Of a stretch of DNA of 64,000 nt, positions 25,318 to 36,879 are shown in pieces. The DNA comes from Takakia lepidozioides. Taxonomy: Eukaryota > Plantae > Bryophyta. Every line of letters starts with the position of its first letter. Positions within the stretch are counted from its first letter, which is position 1. A program made the position numbers and the translations under genes. The stretch is from positions 41,354,001 through 41,418,000 of the forward strand of contig CM060733.1 of the NCBI GenBank assembly GCA_030704615.1, written 5' to 3'. The notes under the pieces are model-generated. The model was not told where the DNA came from. It did not search any database and saw nothing but the letters and a program-made list of their open reading frames with translations.

Positions 25318-26242
25318 TGTTAGAGGGCTGCTTGGGACTTAGACCTTTTACGGGTTCTGTGGGGTACCCTTAATTTTTGCGCAGACTGCGACCAACAGGA
25401 GCCTTAGGGGTGGCAGCAGCAGGCTTTAGGGGGATTACACAGCCCGACACAGCCCGCCACAGCTTCGCACAGCCCGTCATAGCTAGTCACAACCGCCACA
25501 GTTTCGCACAACCCGTCACAGTCAACACAGCCAGTCACAGCCTGACACAGCCGACACAGCCTTACACAACCAGTCACAGCTCGGCACAGCTTGACACAAC
25601 CTGTCACAGTACATAGGGAACAGTTATCATTGGCAGGGAACGACTATGAGGGAACGACATCTGCAGAAGGAACGTGTTACTACAGGGATGACGGTTAATT
25701 AGTTAGGTGGTTAGAACAGCTTGCGGGCAGATAAGAGGAGGGGCAACGGAAAGAGGGGAGACACTTCACGGGGAGCGCTTCTTGGTCATGTAGGAGAGGA
25801 GATCAGGCGGAGAGCAAGAACGAGAGCACGGAGAAGGAGGAGAGATGAACAGTAGATGCTTGTTACATGCAAAGTTGTAGTGAAACTGTATGGCAGATTA
25901 GAGTCACCATGGCATTGGCCTGATACCCGATAAATCATAATCTGATACTTATTCGATACAAGCACACTGTGTAGAGAGACATGAGTGAAGCTGTGAAATG
26001 AATGCATGATTAATTGGAATTAAGTAGATACTGAAGCAATTTGATGCTTTAGTATCAAATAAGGTGAATTGATAACATGAAAGCAAGAAGGAATACAAAT
26101 GGGAAGCACAACCATGATTCACTAGTTGTAGGTCATGACTGATTGTACTGAGCGGGCTGAGTGCTTAGAAATATCCAACTCTTCTATCTTGGAGTTTCCA
26201 CCTCGGATAGCGAAGGGATGGGTGAGTAAAAGCCGTTCGACA
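25318..26242 (+). repeat. Gypsy-A 3' LTR
   Basis: TGTTAGAGGG...CCGTTCGACA. Confidence 0.92.
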
Positions 26243-26294
26243 TAACTCCATGTGCAATTTCCTACGTATCCAAGTGCATCTCATATGTCGAGGC

Positions 26295-29200
26295 TGTCGA
26301 GCGGCTTTTACTCACCCATCCCTTCGCTATCTGAGGTGGAAACTCCAAGATAGAAGAGTTGGATATCTCTAAGCACTCAGCCCGCTCAGTACAATCAGTC
26401 ATGACCTACAGCTAGTGAATCATGGTTGTGCTTCCCATTTGTATTCCTTCTTGCCTTCATGTTATCAATTTACCTTATCTGATACTGAAGCATCAGATTG
26501 CTTCAATCTCTTCTTAGTTCCAGTTAATCATGCATTCATTTCACAGCTTCACTCATGTCTCTCTACACAGTGTGCTTGTATCGAATAAGTATCAGATTAT
26601 GATTTATCAGGTATCAGGCCAATGCCATGGTGACTCTAATCTGCCCTACAGTTTCACTACAGCTTTGCATGTAACAAGCATCTACTGTTCATCTCTCCTC
26701 CTTCTCCGTGCTCTCGTTCTTGCTCTCCGCCTGATCTCCTCTCCTACATGACCAAGAAGCGCTCCCCGTGAACGAGGTAACCTCTCAGGCATAGGAGATC
26801 CCCGTTGTTTCTTCTTTGCCATCTGAATTGCACAGTCCTCTGCCATGTCAAAAGAGTCCGCTGAAGAAACAGTAGTATCAGAATCCTCCTCCCCCCTTAG
26901 GTGTTTTAACGGTCGAACTCTAACTGGAATCCTGTGGGGCATACAATGTGGTCTCACCATGTCTGGAAGTTTAAACTGTACAACTTGCTGTAAGCGCTTA
27001 ATGGCAAAAAATGTGAACACCCTGAACTCCTTGTCCATAAAGGTGAGTGGTGTGCCAATGACTTGGGAACAGTGCAAGTATTAATTAGAGTTCTAGCTTG
27101 TAAATAAGTAGCCATCAGCTACTCCTCAGGTACAAAGACTCTCTTGTCAATATTTGAACTCAGGTCATCCACCTGAGTCTGCAGGCCTTCTACATCCTCT
27201 TGTAGCTCCGCTATTCTACTATTAGTAGTTGTGGCAATGTTCTGCACCTGCAGTCTGAGCTCATTCATCTCGCCCTGGGTGAGCTTCCTTGGTGCTTTGC
27301 CTTCCACCGGACCTTGTGCTAACCAGACCTGCATAAGGTGGTTATCCACCAAGTTGTGAGTGACACCCCTGAGAGTTTGCTCCTCTGTGAGCCTGTACAC
27401 ATCTAACTGCTGCTGTAAAGCCTCCATGCGCTTCGCATGAGGTCCAATTAAACTCACATAGGCAACAGCCAGATTATTGGCTTCCTTCCAAGCCTTGTTA
27501 GCCACAGAGAGTTCATTTCTATTTACCATGACCGTTTGTTGCAACTCGAGGATGTACCTCTCTTGGTCACCCTCAACCTGTCTGTATTGCTTGAAAGTAT
27601 TCTCATTGCGACAGATTGTATTCTTCATATCAACAATGAGTTTTGCCTACTCGATTATCTCTGCCTCTGCTTTCATACATCTCTCCCCTTGTCTGTTAAC
27701 TTCTAATGCAGTTTGCTCAAGAGTAGTTGTGAGTGTAGCACATTGTATGGTCATCCTCTCATGTACTGCTTGCAACTCTGTATGTAGTGCATTGACTTCT
27801 TGCAACTTGCCCTCATGCTTCACCTGCATTTGGTATAACTGTTGCTTATGTGCTTCATGCAACTGGTCCTGCTCGAGGCCGACTTCAATCAGATGTCCCT
27901 TGGCCAACTGCAAAGCAGCCTTTGTGTCCTCTAACTCTTGCTGTAACTTGAGATTGACCTCCTCATCGACCTTGTTTGCACCCTCAGTGGCAAGTCGAGC
28001 CTCAAACTCCTTTCTGAGTTCCTCCCTCAAAGCTGCCAATTGGGTAGATGGAACATGGGATTTCACATAAGTGCCCAACAAATTAAGTGTTCTGCTTATG
28101 GAACTCCTGCTGAGGGTCTTCATGGGGAGCTTGCTGCTATTCTCCCTGATCCTCAATAGTGTAATGCCTCACCAACCATTCAGGCCATTGCCCCACCAGA
28201 TTTTCTTCCTGAACCACCTCATCCGCCATAGGTGCTGCAGTGTCTTGATATTCTACCCCTGGTACCTCCGTCACAGGTGTGGGTATTACATGCACAGCAG
28301 GGTTTTCCCTGGACAACCGCTGCACCTCTGGAATCACTGATTCCCTTACCAAGCCAGAGTTTTCATAGAAAAGGTCACCCTTCTCAATTTCGGCCACGAC
28401 CTACTCTGTAGTGGGAATGTCCAACCTTTCTCCTTCCAGAGCAATTGGGGGTGATGTCACAGCATATACTAACTGTGGAACCTCTAAACAACTGAGTCAA
28501 TTGGTTGTGGTGGCTGTGGTATCGAAGTGACTTCCTCTTCCCTCTCTGAAGGCCGTGCTTCCAATAATAGCAGCTCTCTGTGCTGCTGAGCCCCATCCTG
28601 CACAAGAGCTTGGGAAACATTATCGTGCGGTTTCCGTGAAGCCAGTGGATCCGCCACTACAGTCATACCCCGCCTCTGTCTCTTAGACTGGTGTTGCACT
28701 GTCAGTCCACCCTCACTGTGTGAAGAGCCTTGCTCTTCAATTGTAGTGGTTTTTGCCTCAAACACTCCCATCTCCTTACGTTCCTGAGTATCAAGTATGC
28801 AAGAATCAAGAATTATTTGGGGAATGACTGGACCGGACACAATGATCGGAGACTTAGCAGCAGTGCCTTGTAACCTCTTCATCTCGTCAACCAATCCGTT
28901 GTACATTAACTCCGCCCAAGCGACATCCTCTCCCCTCAAAGCTTTCAGGATCTCCTCTGTGAATGACCTGCTCAAATACTGTTGGTTCTGTTTCATGGCA
29001 AACAGAACGTTCAATATTTGGTCAACTTCCCTAAGCCCTGGGTACTCGGCTTTGGTACAAGCGTAGCCTTGAGTTTTAAAGAAACTCCCTTCTTAGAACA
29101 GATTCCCTATCTGCAATCTTGCCCTGTGCTCATCCACATCCACATGTCCTGATGGCAAATCAAACAATTACTACAGGTACTGCAGAGTAATTTCTATATC

Positions 29201-32200
29201 TACTCCCCTCACCTGAGTAACTCCCGTCCGAGGCTCAAAATTCTGAAGAAATTGTATCATGAACTGCCGATGATGCAAGGACCAGTCCTTGCGTAGCAGC
29301 CCTTCCAATCGCAACTCCCTTAGCAGCTGTACTGTCTGCGGTGCTGCAATTGTTTGCTTCTGCAGTATCGTCGTGCTCTTCACCCTGATATCCTCCATTC
29401 CCCTCACTCTCTTCATTCTAGACAAACAGAAAGGCTTTGTTTGAAACAGCTGAAAGAAAGCTTGTAGTGCACAGAGCATGAAGGTATGGTTGGCACAGAA
29501 TGAAATGGGTAAGTGTTTGTAAGCCTGTGGGGCTTGCAAGTATCGATTTAGAGAAATGTACTCTCCGTTCGTCTGTCCTTGTGCCACTGCGTAAGTAGTA
29601 AGGCGAGCGTGTAGTCTGTTATTTCCGCCATAGCTTCAAAGCTATAGCTTTGATTGTCTCCCCTGTCGAGACGCCCGTTACTCGGAACCACGCCGACTCT
29701 TGCGCTCATAATTTCTCTAAATTCTTGATCTTGCTTCTTGGAAAATACCCTCTGCAGGTAATTCTGGCTCATGATTGGCTGTTGGCTCTGTGATTGGTTT
29801 TGTAATTTAATTCCCTTCCGTGGATTTTCCCCCCTGGACTGTCCACTAGGATAGCACATGTGACAAGGATTTCGCTTTTCGGTACTTGTAAAGGGTTCCG
29901 TTACCCTTTCCCTGTATGCATTAATGGGCCCCCAATAAATTTCGGTTAACATACCGGGTAGATACTTTGACGGCCAATTTTGTCTTCCTTCTTGATGACA
30001 CCCGTTCTTGCAATTCATGTCCGGTTGTGTGTCTCGCTCTGGCGTCCACGTGTCCATTTCTAAACCTGCCTCCGTCCACTTTTCCGCCGGCCACTCTCTG
30101 GATGTTAATCCACGTCCACCTGTCACTGATCCTATGGACTGTGTAACCCCGGTAGGCTGTGTTGAGTTGTGACAGGCTGTGTCATACTGTGGTACGTTGT
30201 GATAGGCTGTGTGGCACTGTGATGGGCTGTGATAGCTATTCAAACACCTGTGTTCTTTGCTAAGACCATACCCAATCGGTTCAATGACAAATGCTTCATG
30301 CTCCGTTGGTATTACCGGTGTAGCCCGTGACTGTTCCTGTGTTTCTATATGCAAATCGTGCCTTAATGGTTTGTCATGGATACCACTGTATCCCTTCAAC
30401 TTATTGGCATTGACTCTTCCCAGCATCTCTTTGTTAATGGTTTGTAACATGGCTGTGTTGTTATCATACATCTTCTGTATGACATAAGGTCCTTTCCATG
30501 GTGATTTAAGCTTAGAAGCTTTAATCTTCCCCTTCTTCTGCAACCAGAGAAACAAATCTCTCGTCTTAAAAGTCTTTAATTTGCCTTCATCAAACTGTTC
30601 CTTCCTCTTCATCTGAATTCTGGTCATGTTATCAGCTGCATCAGTACGTACTTCTTCCACATGGTATAATTCATGTTTCCTGACCTTAATTGAATCTTCC
30701 AATTCCATTCTCTTTCCCCATTCCGTTCTCATGGTAGGTAACAAGAATTCCACTGGAAGTAAAGCTTCCATACCATAAACTAATTGGAATGGTGTATACT
30801 TAGTGGTGACTTTATATGAAGTCCTGTATGACCACAAAGCTGTCAGCAACTTTGTATCCCAATCCGTTCTGTTTGCATTGACTATCTTAGCCAAGATAGT
30901 ACATAGTATTTTGTTGGTAGCCTCTGCCTGCCCATTACCCTGTGGGTAATACGTTGTACTCTTTCTATGCACAATCATGAACTCTTTAGTCAATAGTTCA
31001 ATGGTCTCATTAATGAAGTGACTTCCCTGGTCACTGATAAATTCCAAGGGACAGCCAAATCGTGTAAGTATGTTCTCATACAGGAACCTTGCTGTGGACT
31101 TGGCTGTGTTGTCCCTCAGAGCTTTAGTTTCACTTTGTAGTATAATCAGTGGCTGTAATTATATACTTGTTCTGTGTATTCTTGGCCGGTGGGTTAATTG
31201 GTCCAACAAAGTCTAGTCCCCATTTCTGAAATGGTTCAGTAGGCATCGTAGGATGTAAAGCCATCTTCCCAGATCTCTGCAAAGGTCCTAGCCTCTGACA
31301 TTCATCACAACTCTGACAATACTTGTGTACATCTTTGAACAAAGTAGGCCACCAGTAACCTGCAAGTAGTATCTTCCTACTGGTAGTCTCTTCTCCAAAA
31401 TGTCCTCCAGCCACTTCTTTATGAACTTCCTCCAAAACTTTATTTACTTCATGGTGGTACAAGCATCGTTTAAGTACTCCATCAGGTCCTAGCTTATACA
31501 TTCTGACCCCTACCATAGTATAAGGTAAAGCCTTGATAGCGATTCTCTTCCTCTGCTCCTTACCATAACTAGGTGGGCACTGACCATAAGTAAGGTAGTA
31601 TCTGATTGGCCACTGCCAATCTAACCATTCATCTGCACTTCCTTGCACCTCCATTGCAAATAAACTCGCATCAGGCAATTGGTCGTCTACTCCTGTGGCG
31701 GGCTCTCCTGTTGTTAGGCGTGACAAATGATTTGCCACAAGATGCAAACGGCCAGGCTTGTAAACAACTTCGAACTCAAACTCGTGCAAGATTATTAACC
31801 ACCTTGCTATCCTTCCACTTATCAAAGGCTTGTTCACCAGATATATCAGAGCCCGGTGATCCACATAAAACATAAACTTTCTTTCCAATAGGTAATGCCT
31901 GAATTTCTTGACTGCATAAATCATTGCCAGTGCTTCTCTTTCAGTTGTGCTATAGTTCCTTTCAGCACTGTTCATCAACCTGCTAGCATAGTACACCGGT
32001 GAATCTATATTTCCTGTAACATTTTGGGCTAACACCGCTCCCAACGCTTCTCCTGAGGCATCATAGTGAACATGAAATACTAGATGCCAGTGAGGGTTAA
32101 TCAACACAGGTGTAGTTGTTACTGACAATGTAAGTTCCTCAAAAGCCTGTTGACATTCAGCTGTCCATGCAAACACTGCATCTTTCTTCAGAAGCTTGCT

Positions 32201-34659
32201 CAATGGTGTTGCTATCTGTGCATATCTTTTGACAAATCTTCTGTAATAACTGGTTTGTCCAAGGAATCTCCTTAGACTCTTAACATTTACTGGTGGTGGA
32301 GAGGCTTTAATGAAGTACACTTCTCTGGATTCAGGCCCAGACCTCTCATCCTGCATCTGGCCAAACATAACTCCAATTTATGCAAGTGATCATTCTTAGA
32401 GTTGTACACACTGAAATCATCCAAGAACACCTGCATGAAATCATCCAGATACTCATGAAAAGATTCACTTATCACTCTCTGAAAGGTTGCTAGTGCATTA
32501 CAAAGTCCAAAAGGCATGACTTTGTATGCATAAGCACCTCAGTCTGTGATGAAAGCTGTCTTTCATTGGTCTTCTTCTGCCACTTGCACTTGATTATAAC
32601 CACTGAAGCCATCCATGAATGAGTACATCTCATGGCCTGCCACAGTGTCCAATACCGCTTCTGTGAATGGCAAAGGAAAAGGATCTTTCTTCGTGCAAGC
32701 ATTCAACTTCTTATAGTTCACACAAACTCTCAGTTTACCATTCTTCTTGGGAACTATCACAATGGGTGACAACCAAGTTGTATACTCTATCGGGTATATA
32801 AACTTAGCCTCAGCCAACTTCTTGATCTCTTCTCCAACCTTCTGTGCATAGTTGGGATTCATTCCGTACCTTGCCTGTTTGATTGGTACTGACCCTGGTT
32901 CCAGTTCAATCTTATGCTGACAGATCTCAGGTGGTATCCCTTTTAGATCCTCGTAGCTCCAAGCAAATACATCTCTGTATTTGATGAACAAACTCTTAGC
33001 TTCCTCAAAGAATTATGGCTCCAAATCAGCCCCTACCTTCACCATCCTCGGTTCTTCAGTTCCCATATTCACTTCTCTCACCTGCTCATCAGTTGTGATT
33101 GTCCAACCAGTTACTACTTCATCGTGTAAACTCACAGTGGCTGGTTCCGCTAGGATTTCCATTTCTCTTTCTCTTTCTTCATAAAAATGTGGTGGATAAT
33201 TGCTTATTTCACCTTCAATTGGTGTTGTTGTCACTACACCACAACAGATACCTTTTAAACAACTAAGGCCTTCCAGCTGCATCTCTGCAACCTGCTCCCA
33301 CTCTGGGTGTGCAGCGAACAGGGTAGCTTCCTGCTCCTCATCCAGTCCTCCCCTCCAGTCATACTCCCTGACCCCTCGAGGTCTTCTCGTAGCAGGTAAT
33401 CTACTAGATTTCTTAGTGGTAATTTGTATCTTGTGCATCCCATTATGCACAGTTAGTAACTGGGAATTCCAGTCATGGGATACCCTGGCCTATTTCAGCC
33501 ACGGACGTCCCAATAATAAGGAGTAAGCCTCCATGACTTCATCCATTTTCAACACAGTTACTGTGATCATAAAGATCATCTTTTGAATCTGTATCTTAAC
33601 TCCTCTTATCAATCCCAATGGCTGTACACTTCTTTGATTTGCCATTGTTACTGTAAATGGGGCTGGTTTCATGTTACTTAGACCAAGCTTCTGCCTTAAT
33701 TGGTCTGTCATGATATTCACTCCAGAGTCTCCATCTATCAGTACATCAGTTAGTTCTGTGCTTCCAATTCTCAATTGGATTACTGGCATAGAATCATCAA
33801 AGTCCATGACTGTTTCTCGCCCTTCCGGCTTCACATTATAACTGGTCACCTTGCTGTTCAGGTCTGTGTTCCCTGTCACATGGGCAATTCAATTGATTGC
33901 TTGATACAGCCTGTGTCTACAATAAGGTGCCACAGCCAATAGCTGTCCAATGGTAATCTCCGCTTTGGACTGGCATATTACTTCAGCCAAAGTCCCTTCA
34001 TTACTCTGCATGTCTGTAGCTTCTTTCTTCCCTTCATCCTCACTCACTTCCTCTTCTCTTTCAGAATCAGAGGAATCTGCCATAGGAATATCAGTACTCT
34101 TCTGCATTTCCCTTATGGAATCTGCCACTTCTTTGTGCAGTTCTTTCTCATCTCTCCAAGCCTCATCATCTTCAGGCACATCACTGCCATCTTCATTATC
34201 ATCATCTTCCTCATCTACTGGAGGTATTAGTTTGGCTTTGCTTCTCGTTACTATCATTGTACTTACTTTTGGTACAACACATGGCCTAACCATGTGAGCT
34301 GCCACCACTGGCCCCTCATTCACAGGAGCTCTCATCTCATTCTGGTGTCTGATCCAGAATGGACAGGCTGCCTTGCGATGGCCTGCCTGATTACAATAGT
34401 AACATAGTTCTTCCCCATTAGGTCCTCGCCCTTGGTCTGTTCTGGAATTGTTTCTGTAATCCTGATTCCCTGGCTGGTAATTCCCCCTTGGATTACCCTG
34501 ATAGTTGCTCTGGAATTCCCTTGGTAATTCCCTCTTGGATTACCTCTCCCTTCCATGCCATTGTTATAACCACCAGGCCTACCATAGTGGTCCTGATCAC
34601 TGTTTCTTCTTGGCTGGGGCTGCACTTGATGCACCCTTACTTGCCTAGGTTCTCTTGCA
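26295..34659 (-). mobile_element. 'Gypsy-B': 5'-truncated, internally deleted sister copy of Gypsy-A in inverted orientation
   Basis: Reverse-complement homology to ~17033-26242; partial 3' LTR 26295-26772; deletion junctions near 26772, 27081 and 32311; near-identical RT/RH/INT translations. Confidence 0.93.
33490..33879 (-). pseudogene. Gypsy-B aspartic protease
   Basis: VLIDGDSGVNIM (degenerate catalytic motif) ... LLLGRPWL. Confidence 0.85.
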
Positions 34660-34719
34660 TCTATCCTTCTGTTGTATGGCGAGATTCTGAAATTTTTCTA
34701 AGACCTTGTTAATCTACCG

Positions 34720-36665
34720 TGGCGGACCTCCTAGCGGACTGGGCAGACCCTCCAACAGACCGACTCCAACCTTCTAGCAGACCCTCTAGCAGACCGAGCA
34801 GACCCCTCTCCAGCAGACTGGCTTGGACCCTCCCGTAGACCGGCAGACCTTTCGACAAAATATATATTTAATAACAAACATTATTGCCACGGTACAACAT
34901 AACGAGATTTGAACGCCATACCTCGTGCTTATCATTCATTGCTCTTAACAACCACACTACCCGCCGCTTTCTACAAACCCTTGCAATAACTAACGCTTTA
35001 TGTGCATATTGTGGGCCCCAAAAGACTAGCTCATGTGTTTTATGGCCCCAGCAGACCAGCTTGCCGGCAGACCCAGCAAGGAGACTGGCGGGGATTGGCG
35101 GGTCTAGGTAGGGGTGTTCCCACCCTCCGCCCACCTGAGCCACGGCGGCTGCACCAGCCGCAGCTGGACCGCCTGGGGTCTGTCACACGGCCGGTCCGCT
35201 GTGGCAAGTCTGCCGGGAAGGTCTGCTCTGCTGCGGTCTGCTCTGCCAGTCCACTCTGCCATGCGCCAGCGGACTACCATCCAGTCCGCTGCCGGCACCA
35301 GATCGGGGCCGTCCGTCTGAGAGCCCATCCTGGCCCTCCAATCTAGGGCGTCATGCCACCACTCATTTGCGGATTACCAGCAGCATATCTTTTTTTTTTG
35401 TCCGAAACTGCGGCAGATGCGCGTGGGAGGCGTTGCCTTCCACAGTGTTGTTCTCTTTGTGTTTTCGTGATCTTGACGGTTCAGAGAGGAGTGGCAGCCC
35501 TACAGCCCCCATCGTGCATATGCTTCCACTATTTTCGTCATCTTTTTGTGCTGGAAGACCTGTTCTTGGCGATTAAATTGTACATGTCATTCGTTTGGGC
35601 CACTTGGTCGGGTCCTTATGAATGGCGAATGAGAAGGCTCTTTCCAATGAGTGAACTGATTTTAAGCCTGCCTAAACATGTCATTTGGTAAACATTGCTT
35701 TATGGTGTTCTTAAATTTTATAGTATTCATGGTGTGCTGGAAGCATCCGTCAGTCACTTCACCTCTTCAGTCCGCAACGGAAACCATGGGCAAGATGATA
35801 GCAAAAATCCCTGGAGCATATGCACACGATGGCGTATAAACATTGCAGATTCCGTATCCAGCGATGGGACTGCTATGGTCTTTTTTGTACTTAGTGACTG
35901 TGAGTCTTCCTCAATTGTGTATTTTGGGTTGTGTTATCGTGAGTCTGTTGAACCGAGACCTGATTTCGACCATGGGCCTCTTTGTACGGTTCGACAGTCC
36001 TTTTTGTGTCCTTCAAATTGTGGGTCCTTTGGAATATGTTTTCGTGAGTCTGTTGTGCGAAACAATTTTATCATGGATGTGCAGCCAAAACGTGTGTGTT
36101 CGAGCTTTGCGTCGCTGAGTCTGTTGTCATGTCAGTCTTTTGGCCTCTCATTTGGTCTGTTTGTTGCACTGTCAGTGTAGACTGCCGGCAGTCTATGCGC
36201 CGATAGTCTGCTCTTTCTGATGCACCGTCAGTCTAGTCTGCCGGCAGTCTGTTCGTCCGTCGGTAGTCTGCTCTGTTTGTGCTAGTGTAGTCTACCGGCA
36301 GTCTGTTGCAGATGGCGACCGAACTATCAGTCTGTTGACCAGCCAGTCTGTTGACCGACAATGTGTTCTCTCTTGCAGTCAGTCTGTTGCTCGTTAGTCT
36401 ATTCCTCCGGCGGACTGTTGAGAACTAAGGGCATTCGGTTACAACCATGAGCGGTGTTTTTGGCCATCAGCCTGTTGTGCTGACTGTGGGGAGTCTGTTA
36501 TGTCGTTCATGTCCAGCACGCAGTCTGTTTCAAATGCATAGTGGATTGCTGACTGAAGACGCAACCTGTACCCGAGGTCTGTTGCACCTGAGGTCTGGTG
36601 GACACGAGGTCTGCTGCACCTCCGGTCTGCTGGCTGGGAGTCTGGTAGACCGTCGGATCCAGCGG
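34720..36665. repeat. Unclassified element with dense CAGAC motifs on the left and GTCTG motifs on the right
   Basis: Many CAGAC(C/T) at 34744-34850 and many (A)GTCTG at 36118-36650; no transposase or terminal inverted repeat identified. Confidence 0.45.
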
Positions 36666-36852
36666 ACCTTTTAAATGCCGGACGACGGTGACGGCGTCAC
36701 CGTCGTCAATGAATGCGTGCCACATCGAGCCGGCGAGACTGCATGTCCGGTCTAGTGTCTGCGCCGTGGCCTTCAACTTTGCCTTCCCGCCTTCCTGCCT
36801 TCTCACCATTTGTTTGAACGTCCGTCTTTCTTGCGCGCACGCAAATGTGGAG

Positions 36853-36879
36853 CCTAAACCCTAAACCCTAAACCCTAAA
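36853..36879. repeat. Interstitial plant telomere-type repeat (CCCTAAA)~4
   Basis: cctaaa-ccctaaa-ccctaaa-ccctaaa. Confidence 0.85.

Larger units (their letters stand above)
13808..26242 (+). mobile_element. Ty3/Gypsy LTR retrotransposon 'Gypsy-A' (non-chromovirus) with extra ORFs before gag and after integrase
   Basis: Two TG...CA LTRs, PBS, gag-RT-RH-INT and PPT; flanks AGCCT / TAACT do not form a TSD. Confidence 0.93.

Noticed and set aside
26290-26294. GCCT after Gypsy-B's LTR end matches GCCT before Gypsy-A, suggesting a TSD swapped by inversion
   Set aside because: Only 4 bp, and the following sequence does not continue the interrupted Gypsy-1 LTR.
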